64,000 nt of DNA from Takakia lepidozioides. Its lineage: Eukaryota; Plantae; Bryophyta. Both the position numbers and the translations under genes were made by a program. Below the pieces are notes generated by a model. The model saw only the letters and a list, made by a program, of their open reading frames with translations. It searched no databases and was not told the origin of the DNA. Location of the stretch: assembly GCA_030704615.1 (NCBI GenBank), contig CM060731.1, positions 76,198,001 through 76,262,000 of the forward strand, in the 5' to 3' direction. Positions 25,690 through 36,249 of the stretch are shown here, piece by piece (the first letter of the stretch is position 1; every line of letters starts with the position of its first letter).

Positions 25690-28600
25690 ACTGGAACAAG
25701 AATGCACCAGCAGGGCCATGCTCCACATTCGCTTCTGTCCTCTGAGGGCCCAAAGCTCAACAGCCATGTGCTTGCTCAAACAAACTCCCTCCTCTGCATT
25801 TGCGCCAAAGTATCTGGACAGACTCTCCGGTCATCATAAACCATGAAGTGAGGAAATTCTTAAGTTCTGAAAATCCATAAGCAGTGGACGAAATTTGGTA
25901 AATGATCAAATCATTTAGAACACCTGATTCTTTTATTTGGGCAGATGTAGGAAAATTGGACTAATGGACAGAAATAGCGTACCTTCTAACAGACGAGAGA
26001 TTTGATGCATGGTGTAACAGCAACCTTGGCAAGGTTGCACACTGCTTCTGTCTGTCCAATCATGTCCCTCTAGGATAGAATTCAAGGTACCAATACTACA
26101 AGACAGCACGAGACAGCATCACGTTGAACCATCTTGTCAAATACTTTACGGGCATCCTGCACGCTCCCACAAGGGGCATACATGAACGTACAAATATTTT
26201 CCAGAATGATATCTGTAGCAGTTCCCCATTTGACGATGTCAGCGTGCACCTCTCTGCCCTTTTCCAGGGATCCCAGCTGGCACATGCCTTGAGAACGCAA
26301 GTGAGTGCAACCTTGTCAGGCCTTACCCCAACCGGTATCATTTGCTCATACCACTTGAAGGCTTCCCTTTTATATCCATGCTGAACATATATGAGATCAT
26401 GGAGCTCCATGAGGCCACATTCCGCTTAGTAATGCTTGCCGTGCATGTTTCACACTCCCGCATTCGGCATAATAACCGATAGTCCATTGATGGATCATTT
26501 GGAGCGATTTTGTCCATCTATTTAAGAACGAAATTTTGTGTATGTCGTTCTTTTTGCATCTATCAAATTTTCATATCTCTTGGATGTAGATGTTGGAATA
26601 TTCGATCTCAATTTCAATCTCCACGGGAGGTCTCCCGTCCCTAATAGAATACCAACTCTATATATTGTTGACAATTGGATCAGGCGAACAAACAAATGGG
26701 CTTGAAGGAATTGTCGAAGTCTGGAATTAGCCGAATTCGAACGAATTTTTTTGGGAATGTTGAGGTTCGGAAACTTGGTGGAAAATTCGCGAAATGCACA
26801 GATTGTGAGATGTTCAAAGATCTTATCCAAAAGTCAATCAGCGGAACAAAGGAGCAGAGAAAGCACAAAAGGAAATTTGAGAGACATTTGAAGCATCAGG
26901 AGTCATGTCGCAGGCTTTATCATAGTTGGCGAAATGAATCAACGATGATGGGTGAGGAGTTTCTGTGTATTATACACGATAAGATGGATCACTCGAAGAC
27001 TGCGTTGCCCCGGCTCCTCGTAACAAACAAGATGACATCTGGTCTCGGTTAGCTACCTATATCCCTAACAGGTATGGTGACTCATGGCCATGGTGACGGT
27101 GCTTATGCTCAGTTCACGAACGAGTTCTGGCCAAGTGATCCTAACTTGACAATCAGCTCCTTGGCTCGTTGTCTTCGTGCTCTTGAGAAGCCCACGTGTC
27201 GAAACTCAAGAGAATTTTTTGATCATCCAATGTAGAACTCCTTTCTCGAAACTCTAATGATAGGAAAGTCTCGATGTGAGAAAGCACTGAAGTCTAGGGT
27301 ATCCCAAGGCCCTGTTCGAGCAAAGCCATTACCCCGTCGACTAACCTGCAAATGGACAATTCTTCAAGAGAGAACAAAAATCGCTGGATGCTTGTTTTTT
27401 TTTATCACTCTTGACGGCAAGAGGTGTTTTTGAAGAGATCCAGCTTGGATTCCTGATGGTCGGTCACACCCACGAGGATATTGATGCATACTTTAGTTAT
27501 CTGTCGAAGAAGTTGAAACAGAAGAGCACATATATCCTTCCGGATCTCATGCGCATCTTTATGGAGTCTCAAAACTTGTCATTTATCCCTCAACTGATAC
27601 AGGAGGTCGCAGACTTCAAGAAGTTTGTGGATGGATATATTATTGATGGGAGCGATGCACTAATCGGCACATCTGAAATACACATCTTCAATTTCTATGT
27701 GGATTGTGACGGTTGGCCTGAAATGAAGTATAAGAAATCGGCAACCAACGCTGACTGGCTTCTGAAGCAGGGTGCAGTCAAAATGTGGAAGGTTGCTGAG
27801 GATGGGAGGTCTCCCCTGCTACCCCAGGGGGTCTCGGAACCTGTTCCACTGCAGCCTATTTGGAAAATAAAACCAGACGCCAGGGAAAAAAAATGCCAGT
27901 ATTGTAAATGGCCTTTCAAAGTACCGCGAATTCTGAAGACTTGGGATGGATCTCGACAAGAACTACGAAAATGTCATGAAGAACTACGATGAGTATTGGA
28001 AGGATGTTCTTATTGAACTTGGTAAGCCATTGCCTAAGCCAAAGGACAAGCTGGAAAAAGGGGTTTTGGCCTTTGACTCTGTGGAAAGATAACCATGACA
28101 GAGATGTGATTAGGGTTGAATGTGAGAGTCAGGAGGAGTCAGAGGAGGAAGATCGCAACTAGCTGGATCCCTATTGTAGGCCAAAGAGTCAGAGACCTAA
28201 AGAGCCGATGAACCCATTCAAAGATATTGAAATTGGAAACTTCGTACTTGTTCGACCACCACACACAGAGACATATCCAGTTTGGATGGGTGTGGCAATC
28301 TCTGATGTTGTTCGTGACCGTTCAGATGAGACATATCGGCAAGTCCTTCTGGAGTGGTGGAGACCTAAAGGTGCTACAGCGGAGGACGTGGACAGGTATA
28401 GAAAGTGCTGGGACAAAGCTTGGGAGTTCAATGAATCTGATCCACCAAAGTGGATACATACGAACAGTGTGGTGTGGACAATGCGACCTCGAAAGAACAC
28501 CTCTAAGTGGAGCTATAGACGTATTGGAAAGTCCGAAGCAGTTAAAGCGAAATGATGATTCCAGCTTTGATGATATTGGCATGCACCTCCATGCCCTGCT

Positions 28601-28892
28601 TCAGGTCTCCCAGGCAAGCACAAGCCTTGAGAATGCAAGCGAATGTGACCCCATTGGGCATCACCCCATCCAATCTCCTTTGCTCATACATTTCCAAAGC
28701 ATCCCTACCATATCCATAGTCGCCCTATCCTGCAATCATGGCACTCCATGAGACCACGTCTCGTGGAATCATATTGTTGAACATTTGAGGCTGCCGCATT
28801 TCGCATACATATCGATAAGGGCATTCTGCAAAATGATATCTGGGATAAGTCCAGCTTTGAGGATGTCCTTGTGCACCTCTCTGCCTTTTTTT
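25690..28892 (-). pseudogene. Decayed PLS-type PPR gene, split by a transposase insertion (PPR parts 28892-28553, 26471-26090, ~25830-25690)
   Basis: KKGREVHKDILKAGLIPDIILQNALIDMYAKCGS, VVSWSAMIAG, VTFACILKAC, YAECGSVKHAR, GVRPDKVALTCVLKAC and GSVQDARKVFDKMVQRDAVS, with many stops and frameshifts. Confidence 0.85.
26480..28552 (+). mobile_element. Sola-like / DUF7869-type DDE transposase, disrupted and lacking termini
   Basis: FAKCTDC...H..H, CIIHDKMDHSK, QMDNSSRENKN and FLMVGHTHEDIDAYFS. In-frame TAG at 27050 and ~27233, plus frameshifts at homopolymers. Confidence 0.8.
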
Positions 28893-29043
28893 ACACCTTG
28901 TGATTACCACCATCGAGAGCTCCTGTGGTATACTCATAATCTGCAAATGTCTCCATCTGCGGTGTGTGAAACCCCTCATCCCTTCCCCGCGCTGCAAGAC
29001 ACCTCGGGCATTTCAGGCACGTTCCAAGAGAGTTGAGGACGAC

Positions 29044-29267
29044 GATGACATGGCGATGATGACTGTGGTGAAGATGACGTGGTGGTGATGACTTGGTGAC
29101 AATGGCGTAGCGAAGATGACATGACGACTATGATGTGGCGACGATGACTTGGTGATAATGACGTGGCAAAGATGACATGGTGACTGTGACGTGGCAAAGA
29201 TGACTTGGTGACAATGACGTGGCATAGATGACATGGTGACTATCACGTGGCGATGATGACGAGGCAC
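29044..29267. repeat. 14/28-bp GATGAC..TGG minisatellite
   Basis: Unit ~gatgacttggtgacaatgacgtggcaaa is repeated about 6-8 times. Confidence 0.85.
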
Positions 29268-29556
29268 TACGGCTCCCTATTCCTGCTCTATGCTATCTAG
29301 CTTCCTTGGAATAGCGTATGCCTGCACCTTAGGATAGGTGGCTTAAAGGAGGTTGTCTCGCGGGTTTGCGAGTCCGCCGGTGGGGACCCACCATGCTGCA
29401 GACCATCCCTATAGACCCATCAAGCCGCTATTAATCTAAAATGAGAGGCAAATAGGAGCCCCGGCATTTTTTAGTTGGAACAATTTTCAGTAAAGTTCAT
29501 CTACTAAAGGATAGTTTGAGTGTAAAGTGATGATTAAATGGTATTGTGGTTCATTC

Positions 29557-30167
29557 CAGTGTTGGACTCGTATATCGATAAGAAATTTGTATCAATACTG
29601 GTATGTATACTGGTATGAAGTACCAGACCAGTCTGGTATCGCCTCATGCCACTACCTAGCATATACCCGTATTGGCCTGGTATGTGCCTCCTAATACTGT
29701 GGACGACACCCTACCAATCTTGGTAGGTGGTTGAAAATCTGGTACTTGATACCAGTTTTTGTCAGGAAAACCTAGGTATCAATATCGACGACGCAGTATG
29801 CACTATGCACGATGTGGATGCAGCTTTCAATAAGCAAAATAAAAATCAGGCCGGAAGATGAAATATGTGAAGCCGGATACTTTGAGGAATAATATCAATG
29901 AGAAGCATGCTTGTACACATTTATATGACAAGTGGGAGTTTTTTTTATACCATACCAGTATTGATATTACCTTGGTATCGATTTCTAAAAACTCTTGCTA
30001 TTGATACCCCTAAAACACCACACTAATCATGTATTATTGATACCACCATGGTATCAAAATCTTAGATTTTTGCCAATACCAGTACCTCCCTGGTATCACA
30101 ATTGGCCGGAGGCCTATCTACCAGTACCAGTCTGGTATGTTCAAAATACGATACCAGTCCAACACTG
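29557..30167. mobile_element. hAT-type MITE (611 bp)
   Basis: TIRs cagtgttggactcgtat / ataccagtccaacactg (17 bp, 1 mismatch). Perfect 8-bp TSD GTTCATTC at 29549-29556 and 30168-30175. Many internal TGGTAT/ATACCA subterminal motifs. Confidence 0.93.
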
Positions 30168-31274
30168 GTTCATTCCTCTTTACCAAGCTGTTTCCACACA
30201 CATACATTTGCTGCCCTACCTCAGTGACCACACTGTCGAGTGGTGTTGCTATGATCTACAGCCACCTTCAAGGAAGAAGAGAGTGTGACAGAGAATCCTT
30301 TTGTGGGGTTCGCAATTTGCATCCACCAGGGTACAGCTCACGATCACCGCAACTCAGCTGCAGGTATAAACTTATTTTCTCGATAGCCCAGTTGCGGGGA
30401 TGTTATGAAATGGCAAGACGGGTTCGGAGCAAGGACATTTCATGGAGAGACAATGGAACCAAATTCAATGGGCGGCAATGTAAGATGGAAGGCCCGAGTG
30501 ACAGTGACAATGGTGGGCCTTGAGTGTGGGAGCACACTCATTTGTACACTGGCCGTCTGGGCGGCACTGGGCCAGGTTGCTTCCTTTCCTTAACCCGAGA
30601 GCCGTTCCATTCTGAGTACAGCTCAATTCTGGAAGCTCGCTCCCTTGTCTAAATTGGAGCTGGGTGCTCTCAACCTCTGATGTTGTCATAGGAACTGAAG
30701 GCAATCCAGGGCTCTATTTGGTCTGTCTGTTTGCAATCAGCGGTTCGCCAAAGCAGGACGCGCCATATTGGTTTGACTATGAAAATAGAGGGTGCCTAGC
30801 AATGGGAGTGTATTTCCAATGGTAGTCTGCGAGGGTCTGTGCAACAGACAGGTTTAGAGTTGAGGGAGGGAAACCAGCGCTGGGAGCCACCTTCATGCAT
30901 TTTGTTGAAATGTAACTATAACTCACCTGACTAGTCCCAATATTCAATTCAGAAGAACTTTCCTGGGATACTCTCTTGTGTGAGGGATGACACAAAGTGC
31001 TGACCTTTTTTTTACTGAGGCATCTGCCTAGGGAGGCGGGGGGGGGGAGGCTTAGTAAGTTCTCATGTCGCTTCCCACAGCTGCAAATGCAAGAGCTATC
31101 AGCTCACACTCAGAAAACTTAGAAGCCTACTAGATGAATGTCAGAGTCTGAATGCAGACATCATCCAAACCGTGTGACAGCTGGGACACAAGTGCGTTTG
31201 GCATGGTTCCAACACTTGCTGTCTCTCCACTTGAACTTGGCTTAGTTTCTCCCTTTCCCAATGAGTTTCATTCT

Positions 31275-31890
31275 TCAATCTCTCCCTCCGTTATAAGATC
31301 TCCTCATTGAATCTATCTCGAACTTAATCCTGAATTTCTCCATTTCCCCTTCAATATGCTGCCTTCTTAACTCTACCTCTTTCTTCACATTCTGCCTCTC
31401 CTCCTCCATCTGCTCCCTCTCCCAGTCTTTGCGCACTTTCTCCCTTTCCTCCTCAATCTGCTTTTCCTCCAGTTCACACTCTCTCATCAGGTGCTCAACG
31501 CCTCTCTTCAATTTGTTGCTGTCACCAATAAGCTTCTTCTGCAGCATGTCCATCTCCTCGATTGCATGTTTCCCCTTCTCTTTCAGGTCAGCAATCTATC
31601 TCTCTAATTCCCAGTCTTCGTGCACTTTCTCCCTTTCCTCCTCAATCTGCTTTTTCTCCAGTCCACACGCGCTCCCGCTTTGTTGCTTTTCACCAATCAG
31701 CTTCTTCTGCAGCATGTCCATATCCTCCTTTGCCTTTTTCCCCTTCTCTTTCAGGTCAGCAATCTATCTCTGTTCCTTTGCTCATCAGACTTCGCCCCTT
31801 GCTCTATTTCTGTCCCTTCTTGAAGCTTCGACTCCCAAGGCTTGGTTGTATTGTTGTTTCCATTGCCTCATCTCTAACTCAAACTTGATT
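31275..31890 (-). pseudogene. Internally duplicated E/K/R-rich coiled-coil coding remnant
   Basis: Two ~170-190 bp units read IADLKEKG..DMDMLQKKLIG..LEKKQIEEEREKV..DWE and are interrupted by stops. The last unit is open (31553-31275). Confidence 0.5.
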
Positions 31891-32285
31891 TTTTGGTTTT
31901 ATAGCCCTCCGTTTACCACAGAAATGACATGCCCATCACTCTGGATTGTGTGCAGGGCGAAGTGAGCGAGAAAAGGTACTCAGAAAACTTTGTTTGCCAT
32001 AGCATTTTGGCCATAGACCCCGCGACCAATTTGGGAACGAGAGAGAAAGAGAGATCGATTGTTGAAGGGATCTGAGTTGGGGCCAGTCCTGTGTGTCAAC
32101 TACAGTGGATAGCAACCATCTATCCATTGTAAGCAGATCTGACCTAACCATGCTCAGGACAGTGTCAAACCTACACACGGGAAGGCAGAAGCTGAGGTTG
32201 GAAAAGGTCAAGAAGGTGCCGCCATGGCAGCAAGTACAACAAACATTTCACGCATGGCATCTTCCACAGGTTCCATGGGCCCCTC

Positions 32286-35200
32286 ATGGTTCCTTCACAA
32301 GCCTCGCCGAGGCTATGCTGCATGCAAGACTTGTCCTGTTCTGAGAGCTTCAATAATAAGCTGCTTGCTCTGTATGGGACCCTTGTGCATTGGCCGAACA
32401 ACGTAATGTTGAGATTTGCTTCAAACAGTTTCAAGCTGATTGCTGGGCAGTGGAGACCAGCGGGCAGAAAGGTCCATCCCCAAGGACCAGATTTCAAGCA
32501 CTGGAGCACCAGTGAGGGGATATGGATTGACAGGTACAAAGAACCTCTATGGGTAGATGCTCAGTCATGTAAGCCAGGCATCCTCACCATGACAAACTCT
32601 TTTAAAAGATGTGGATATGTGAGGAAACTATGCAGGGCTGGACAATTGAAAGAGGCGTTGCAAATTTTAACCCAAGGAGGCATTTTGGCGGACTCCAAAA
32701 CTTATGTCTGTCTCTTGCAGGAGTGCACCAAGATCAAAGCCCTAGCAGAGGGAAAGCAGGTGCATGCCCACATCATCCAAAGTGGATTCAGGGCAGACAT
32801 CTTTCTGCAGAACACTCTCATCAACATGCATGCCAAGTGTGGGAGCATTGTTGATGCACGCCTAGTGTTTGACAACATGCCTGAACGAAGTCTAATCACG
32901 TGGAATATAATGATGGCAGGATATGCCAAGCAGGGATATTGTAGGGATGCCTTGAAGACCTATGAACAACTGATGTGGGAAGGAGTGAAACCCAACCAGG
33001 TTACATTTCTCTGTGTTCTCAAGGCGTGTGCCAGCCTGGCAGCCCTGGAAGAGGGCAAAGACGTTCATGCTGACATCACAAAAGCTGGAATAGTGCCAAA
33101 TATCATCTTGGACACTAGCCTGATGGACATGTATGCCAAATGCGGGAGCATCGAGGATGCAAAGCGAGTGTTTGACAACATGGCTGAACGAGATGTGGTG
33201 TCATGGAATGCGATGATTGCAGGATATGCACAGCATGGGTGTGGGATGAAGGCTTTGGAGACCTATGAGCAGATGATGGGAGAAGGGGTGAAGCCCAACC
33301 AGGTCACGTTCATTTCTCTTTGTAATGCGTGTGCCGGTCTGGCAGCCCTGGAAAAGGGCCAAGAGATCCATGCTGACATCATGAAAGCTAGATTTGTACC
33401 AAATATTATTCTGGACAGCGCCCTCGTGGACATGTATGCCAAGTGTGGGAGCATCAAGGATGCAAGGGGAGTGTTCGACAATATGGCCGAACGAAATGTC
33501 GTGTCATGGAATGCAATGATCGCAGGATATGCCCAGCATGGGTGTGGGATGGAGGCTTTAGCGACCTATGAGCAGATGATGCAGGAAGGGATGAAGCCCA
33601 ACCAGGTCACGTTCGTTTGCGTTTGCAATGCGTGTGCCAGCCTTGCAGCCCTGGAAAAGGGCAGGGAGATCCATATTGACATCATGCAAGCTGGAACTGT
33701 ACCAAATATCATTCTGGACAGTACCCTCGTGGACATGTATGCCAAATGTGGGAGCATCAATGATGCAAAGGGAGTGTTCGACAAAATGGCTATTCGAGAT
33801 GTGGTGTCATGGAATGCGATGATTGCAGGATATGCCCAGCATGGGTGTGGGACAAAGGCTTTGGAGGCCTATGAGCAAATGATGGGGGAAGGGGTGAAGC
33901 CCAACCAGGTCACATTTGTTTCTGTTTGCAATACATGTGCCAGCCTGGCAGCCCTAGAAACGGGCAAAGACATCCATGCTGCCATCATAAAAGCTGGAAT
34001 TGTGCCAAATATCATCTTGCACACTAGCCTCATTGACATGTATGCAAAATGTGGGAGCATCAATGATGCAAAAGGAGTGTTTGACAATATGGCCAAACGA
34101 GATGTGGTGTCATGGAATGTAATGATTGCCGGATATGCCCAAAATGGGCTTGGGATGGAGGGTTTGGAGGCCTATGAGCAAATGATGGGGGAAGGGGTGA
34201 AGCCCAACCAGGTCACTTTTGTCTCTATTTGCAATGCCTGTGCAAGCCTGGCAGTCTTGGAAAATAGCAAGCAGATACATAATATCATCCTGAGAGCCGG
34301 AATTGTACCAAACATCATTCTGAGTAGTACCCTCGTGGACATGTATGCCAAATGTGGGAGCATGGAGGATGCAATGGGAGTGTTCAACAATATGGCGGAA
34401 CGAGATGTGGTGTCATGGAATGCAATGATCGCAGGATATGCCCAGCATGGGTGTGGGATGGAGGCCATTGAGATTTATGAGCAAATGACACAGCAAGGGG
34501 TGAAGCCCAACCAGGTCACATTCAGTTGCATTTGCAAAGTGTGTGCCAGCCTGGCAGCCCTGGAAAAAGGGAAAGAGGTCCATACTGATATCATGAAAGC
34601 TGGGATACTATCCGACATCATTCTGAACAATACCCTTGTTGATATGTATGCTAAGTGCGGGAGCATTGAGGAGGCAAAAAGAATATTTGATGGCATGGCT
34701 GAACGAAATGTGGTATCATGGAGTGCAATCATTGCAGGATATGCCCAGCATGGTTGTGGTAGGGAGGTTCTGAAACTATTTGAAGGAATGCAAAAGGAAG
34801 GTTTGAAGCCGAACAATGTCACCTTTATATGTGTTCTCTCTGCATGTAGCAATGGGGGCCTAGTGGATGAAGGGAGACATTACTTTGATTCCCTAAGTCA
34901 AGATCATGGCCTCACTCCCACAGTGGAGCACTTTGGCTGCATGGTGGACCTTCTTGGCCGTGCGGGGCGATTGGATGAGGCAGAAGATTTCATCAACAAA
35001 ATGCCAGTAGAACCAGATCCTGTGGTGTGGATGGCCCTACTTGGTGCCTGCCGAGTTCATGGCAATGTAGAGGTAGCGGAACGTGTGGCAAAGTTCTGTC
35101 TCAAGTGGGATCCACAGGATGCTGGAACTTACGTGTTGCTGTCAAACATCTATGCTGCAGTTGGCAGGTGGGATGATACTGCAAAGGTGAGGAAAATGAT

Positions 35201-35630
35201 GAATGTCAGAGGTGTCAGAAAGGAGCCAGGTTGCTGCCACATTGAGGTTGGCAACAGGGTGCACACCCTTGTGGTAGATGATAAATTGCATCCACAAATT
35301 GAGGAAATTCATGCTGAGCTGACAAGATTGTCTCAGTTGATGAATGAGGCAGTGTACGTTCCTTACCCAGGGTTCATATTGCATAATGTGGAGGAGCAAA
35401 AGGAGCTTTCAATTTGCCACCACAGTGAGATGCTGGCCATTGCTTTTGGGCTGATTAGCTCGGACCCTGGGAAGCCTCTCCGTGTTATCAAGAACCTTCG
35501 CGTATGTGGTGACTGCCACATGGCCACCAAGTTGGTCTCAAAGATTGTTGGGCGAGTAATTATTGTACGGGATGCAAACCGAATTCACCAATTTGAAGAT
35601 GGGGTTTGTTCTTGTGGGGAATACTGGTGA
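32286..35630 (+). CDS. PLS-class PPR protein with E1/E2 and DYW deaminase domain (organellar C-to-U RNA editing factor)
   Basis: 1114-aa ORF: L-S-(P-L-S)x6-P2-L2-S2-E1-E2, then PG box KEPGCCHIEV, HHSE...CGDCH, RIH...CSC and terminal EYW. The exact start codon is uncertain. Confidence 0.95.
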   Translation: MVPSQASPRLCCMQDLSCSESFNNKLLALYGTLVHWPNNVMLRFASNSFKLIAGQWRPAGRKVHPQGPDFKHWSTSEGIWIDRYKEPLWVDAQSCKPGILTMTNSFKRCGYVRKLCRAGQLKEALQILTQGGILADSKTYVCLLQECTKIKALAEGKQVHAHIIQSGFRADIFLQNTLINMHAKCGSIVDARLVFDNMPERSLITWNIMMAGYAKQGYCRDALKTYEQLMWEGVKPNQVTFLCVLKACASLAALEEGKDVHADITKAGIVPNIILDTSLMDMYAKCGSIEDAKRVFDNMAERDVVSWNAMIAGYAQHGCGMKALETYEQMMGEGVKPNQVTFISLCNACAGLAALEKGQEIHADIMKARFVPNIILDSALVDMYAKCGSIKDARGVFDNMAERNVVSWNAMIAGYAQHGCGMEALATYEQMMQEGMKPNQVTFVCVCNACASLAALEKGREIHIDIMQAGTVPNIILDSTLVDMYAKCGSINDAKGVFDKMAIRDVVSWNAMIAGYAQHGCGTKALEAYEQMMGEGVKPNQVTFVSVCNTCASLAALETGKDIHAAIIKAGIVPNIILHTSLIDMYAKCGSINDAKGVFDNMAKRDVVSWNVMIAGYAQNGLGMEGLEAYEQMMGEGVKPNQVTFVSICNACASLAVLENSKQIHNIILRAGIVPNIILSSTLVDMYAKCGSMEDAMGVFNNMAERDVVSWNAMIAGYAQHGCGMEAIEIYEQMTQQGVKPNQVTFSCICKVCASLAALEKGKEVHTDIMKAGILSDIILNNTLVDMYAKCGSIEEAKRIFDGMAERNVVSWSAIIAGYAQHGCGREVLKLFEGMQKEGLKPNNVTFICVLSACSNGGLVDEGRHYFDSLSQDHGLTPTVEHFGCMVDLLGRAGRLDEAEDFINKMPVEPDPVVWMALLGACRVHGNVEVAERVAKFCLKWDPQDAGTYVLLSNIYAAVGRWDDTAKVRKMMNVRGVRKEPGCCHIEVGNRVHTLVVDDKLHPQIEEIHAELTRLSQLMNEAVYVPYPGFILHNVEEQKELSICHHSEMLAIAFGLISSDPGKPLRVIKNLRVCGDCHMATKLVSKIVGRVIIVRDANRIHQFEDGVCSCGEYW

Positions 35631-36249
35631 AAGTGAGACTGTCTTTGCTTCATATATCAAAACTATGGAGCTGCTTGGTTCATTCACCATTCATGGGAAT
35701 GTTTGCCATGACACTGTTCAGTGCATTTCCTCTGAGGCATATTGACATTCCCAAGAGTTGATTGTGGGTTCTACCCACCAGGAGGTTGAAACTGGGTGCA
35801 AATTGAGGTATGCTCCTGCATAATCAATGGTTTACAGGATTCACTGTTCATGTACAGGGTGGTCCAGATCATTTAAGGAAATAAAATGTGGGTGGCAGTG
35901 CTGCCGCTTTAGCTCCTAATTTGCTCACTAATGGGACAGGTGGCTGTTGTTAGACTGCACCGTTGTCTGAAAGAGAGAGAGAGAGAAAGTTCTTATATTT
36001 CGTGCCTGACATGTGCCGGGCGAGTGTTCTGTGCTGGGGATACTCTTGGTATGTTCTACAACCTGAGAAGACTGTACTGGTGAATTGTTTGCTGTCCCCT
36101 GATTTTTTCCCCAATCTTTTTTTCATCTTCTCTACCTATCCAATAGTGTGTGACCATAGGCATGTTTACTGCTTACACTCACATTGATCTCTCTTTCTTT
36201 TTCTGATACTGCCCATCATCCTGCATGCTACCACATTCTGCTTCTGTCC

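Noticed and set aside
29044-29267. CRISPR-like array or His-rich ORFs
   Set aside because: There are no unique spacers and the context is eukaryotic. The ORFs are repeat artefacts.
32702-34852. Repeated antisense ORFs over the PPR gene
   Set aside because: They are shadow frames of the repetitive sense CDS.
35215-35630. U-to-C (DYW:KP) editing factor
   Set aside because: The domain has a PG box and an xYW end, not the KP-type signature.
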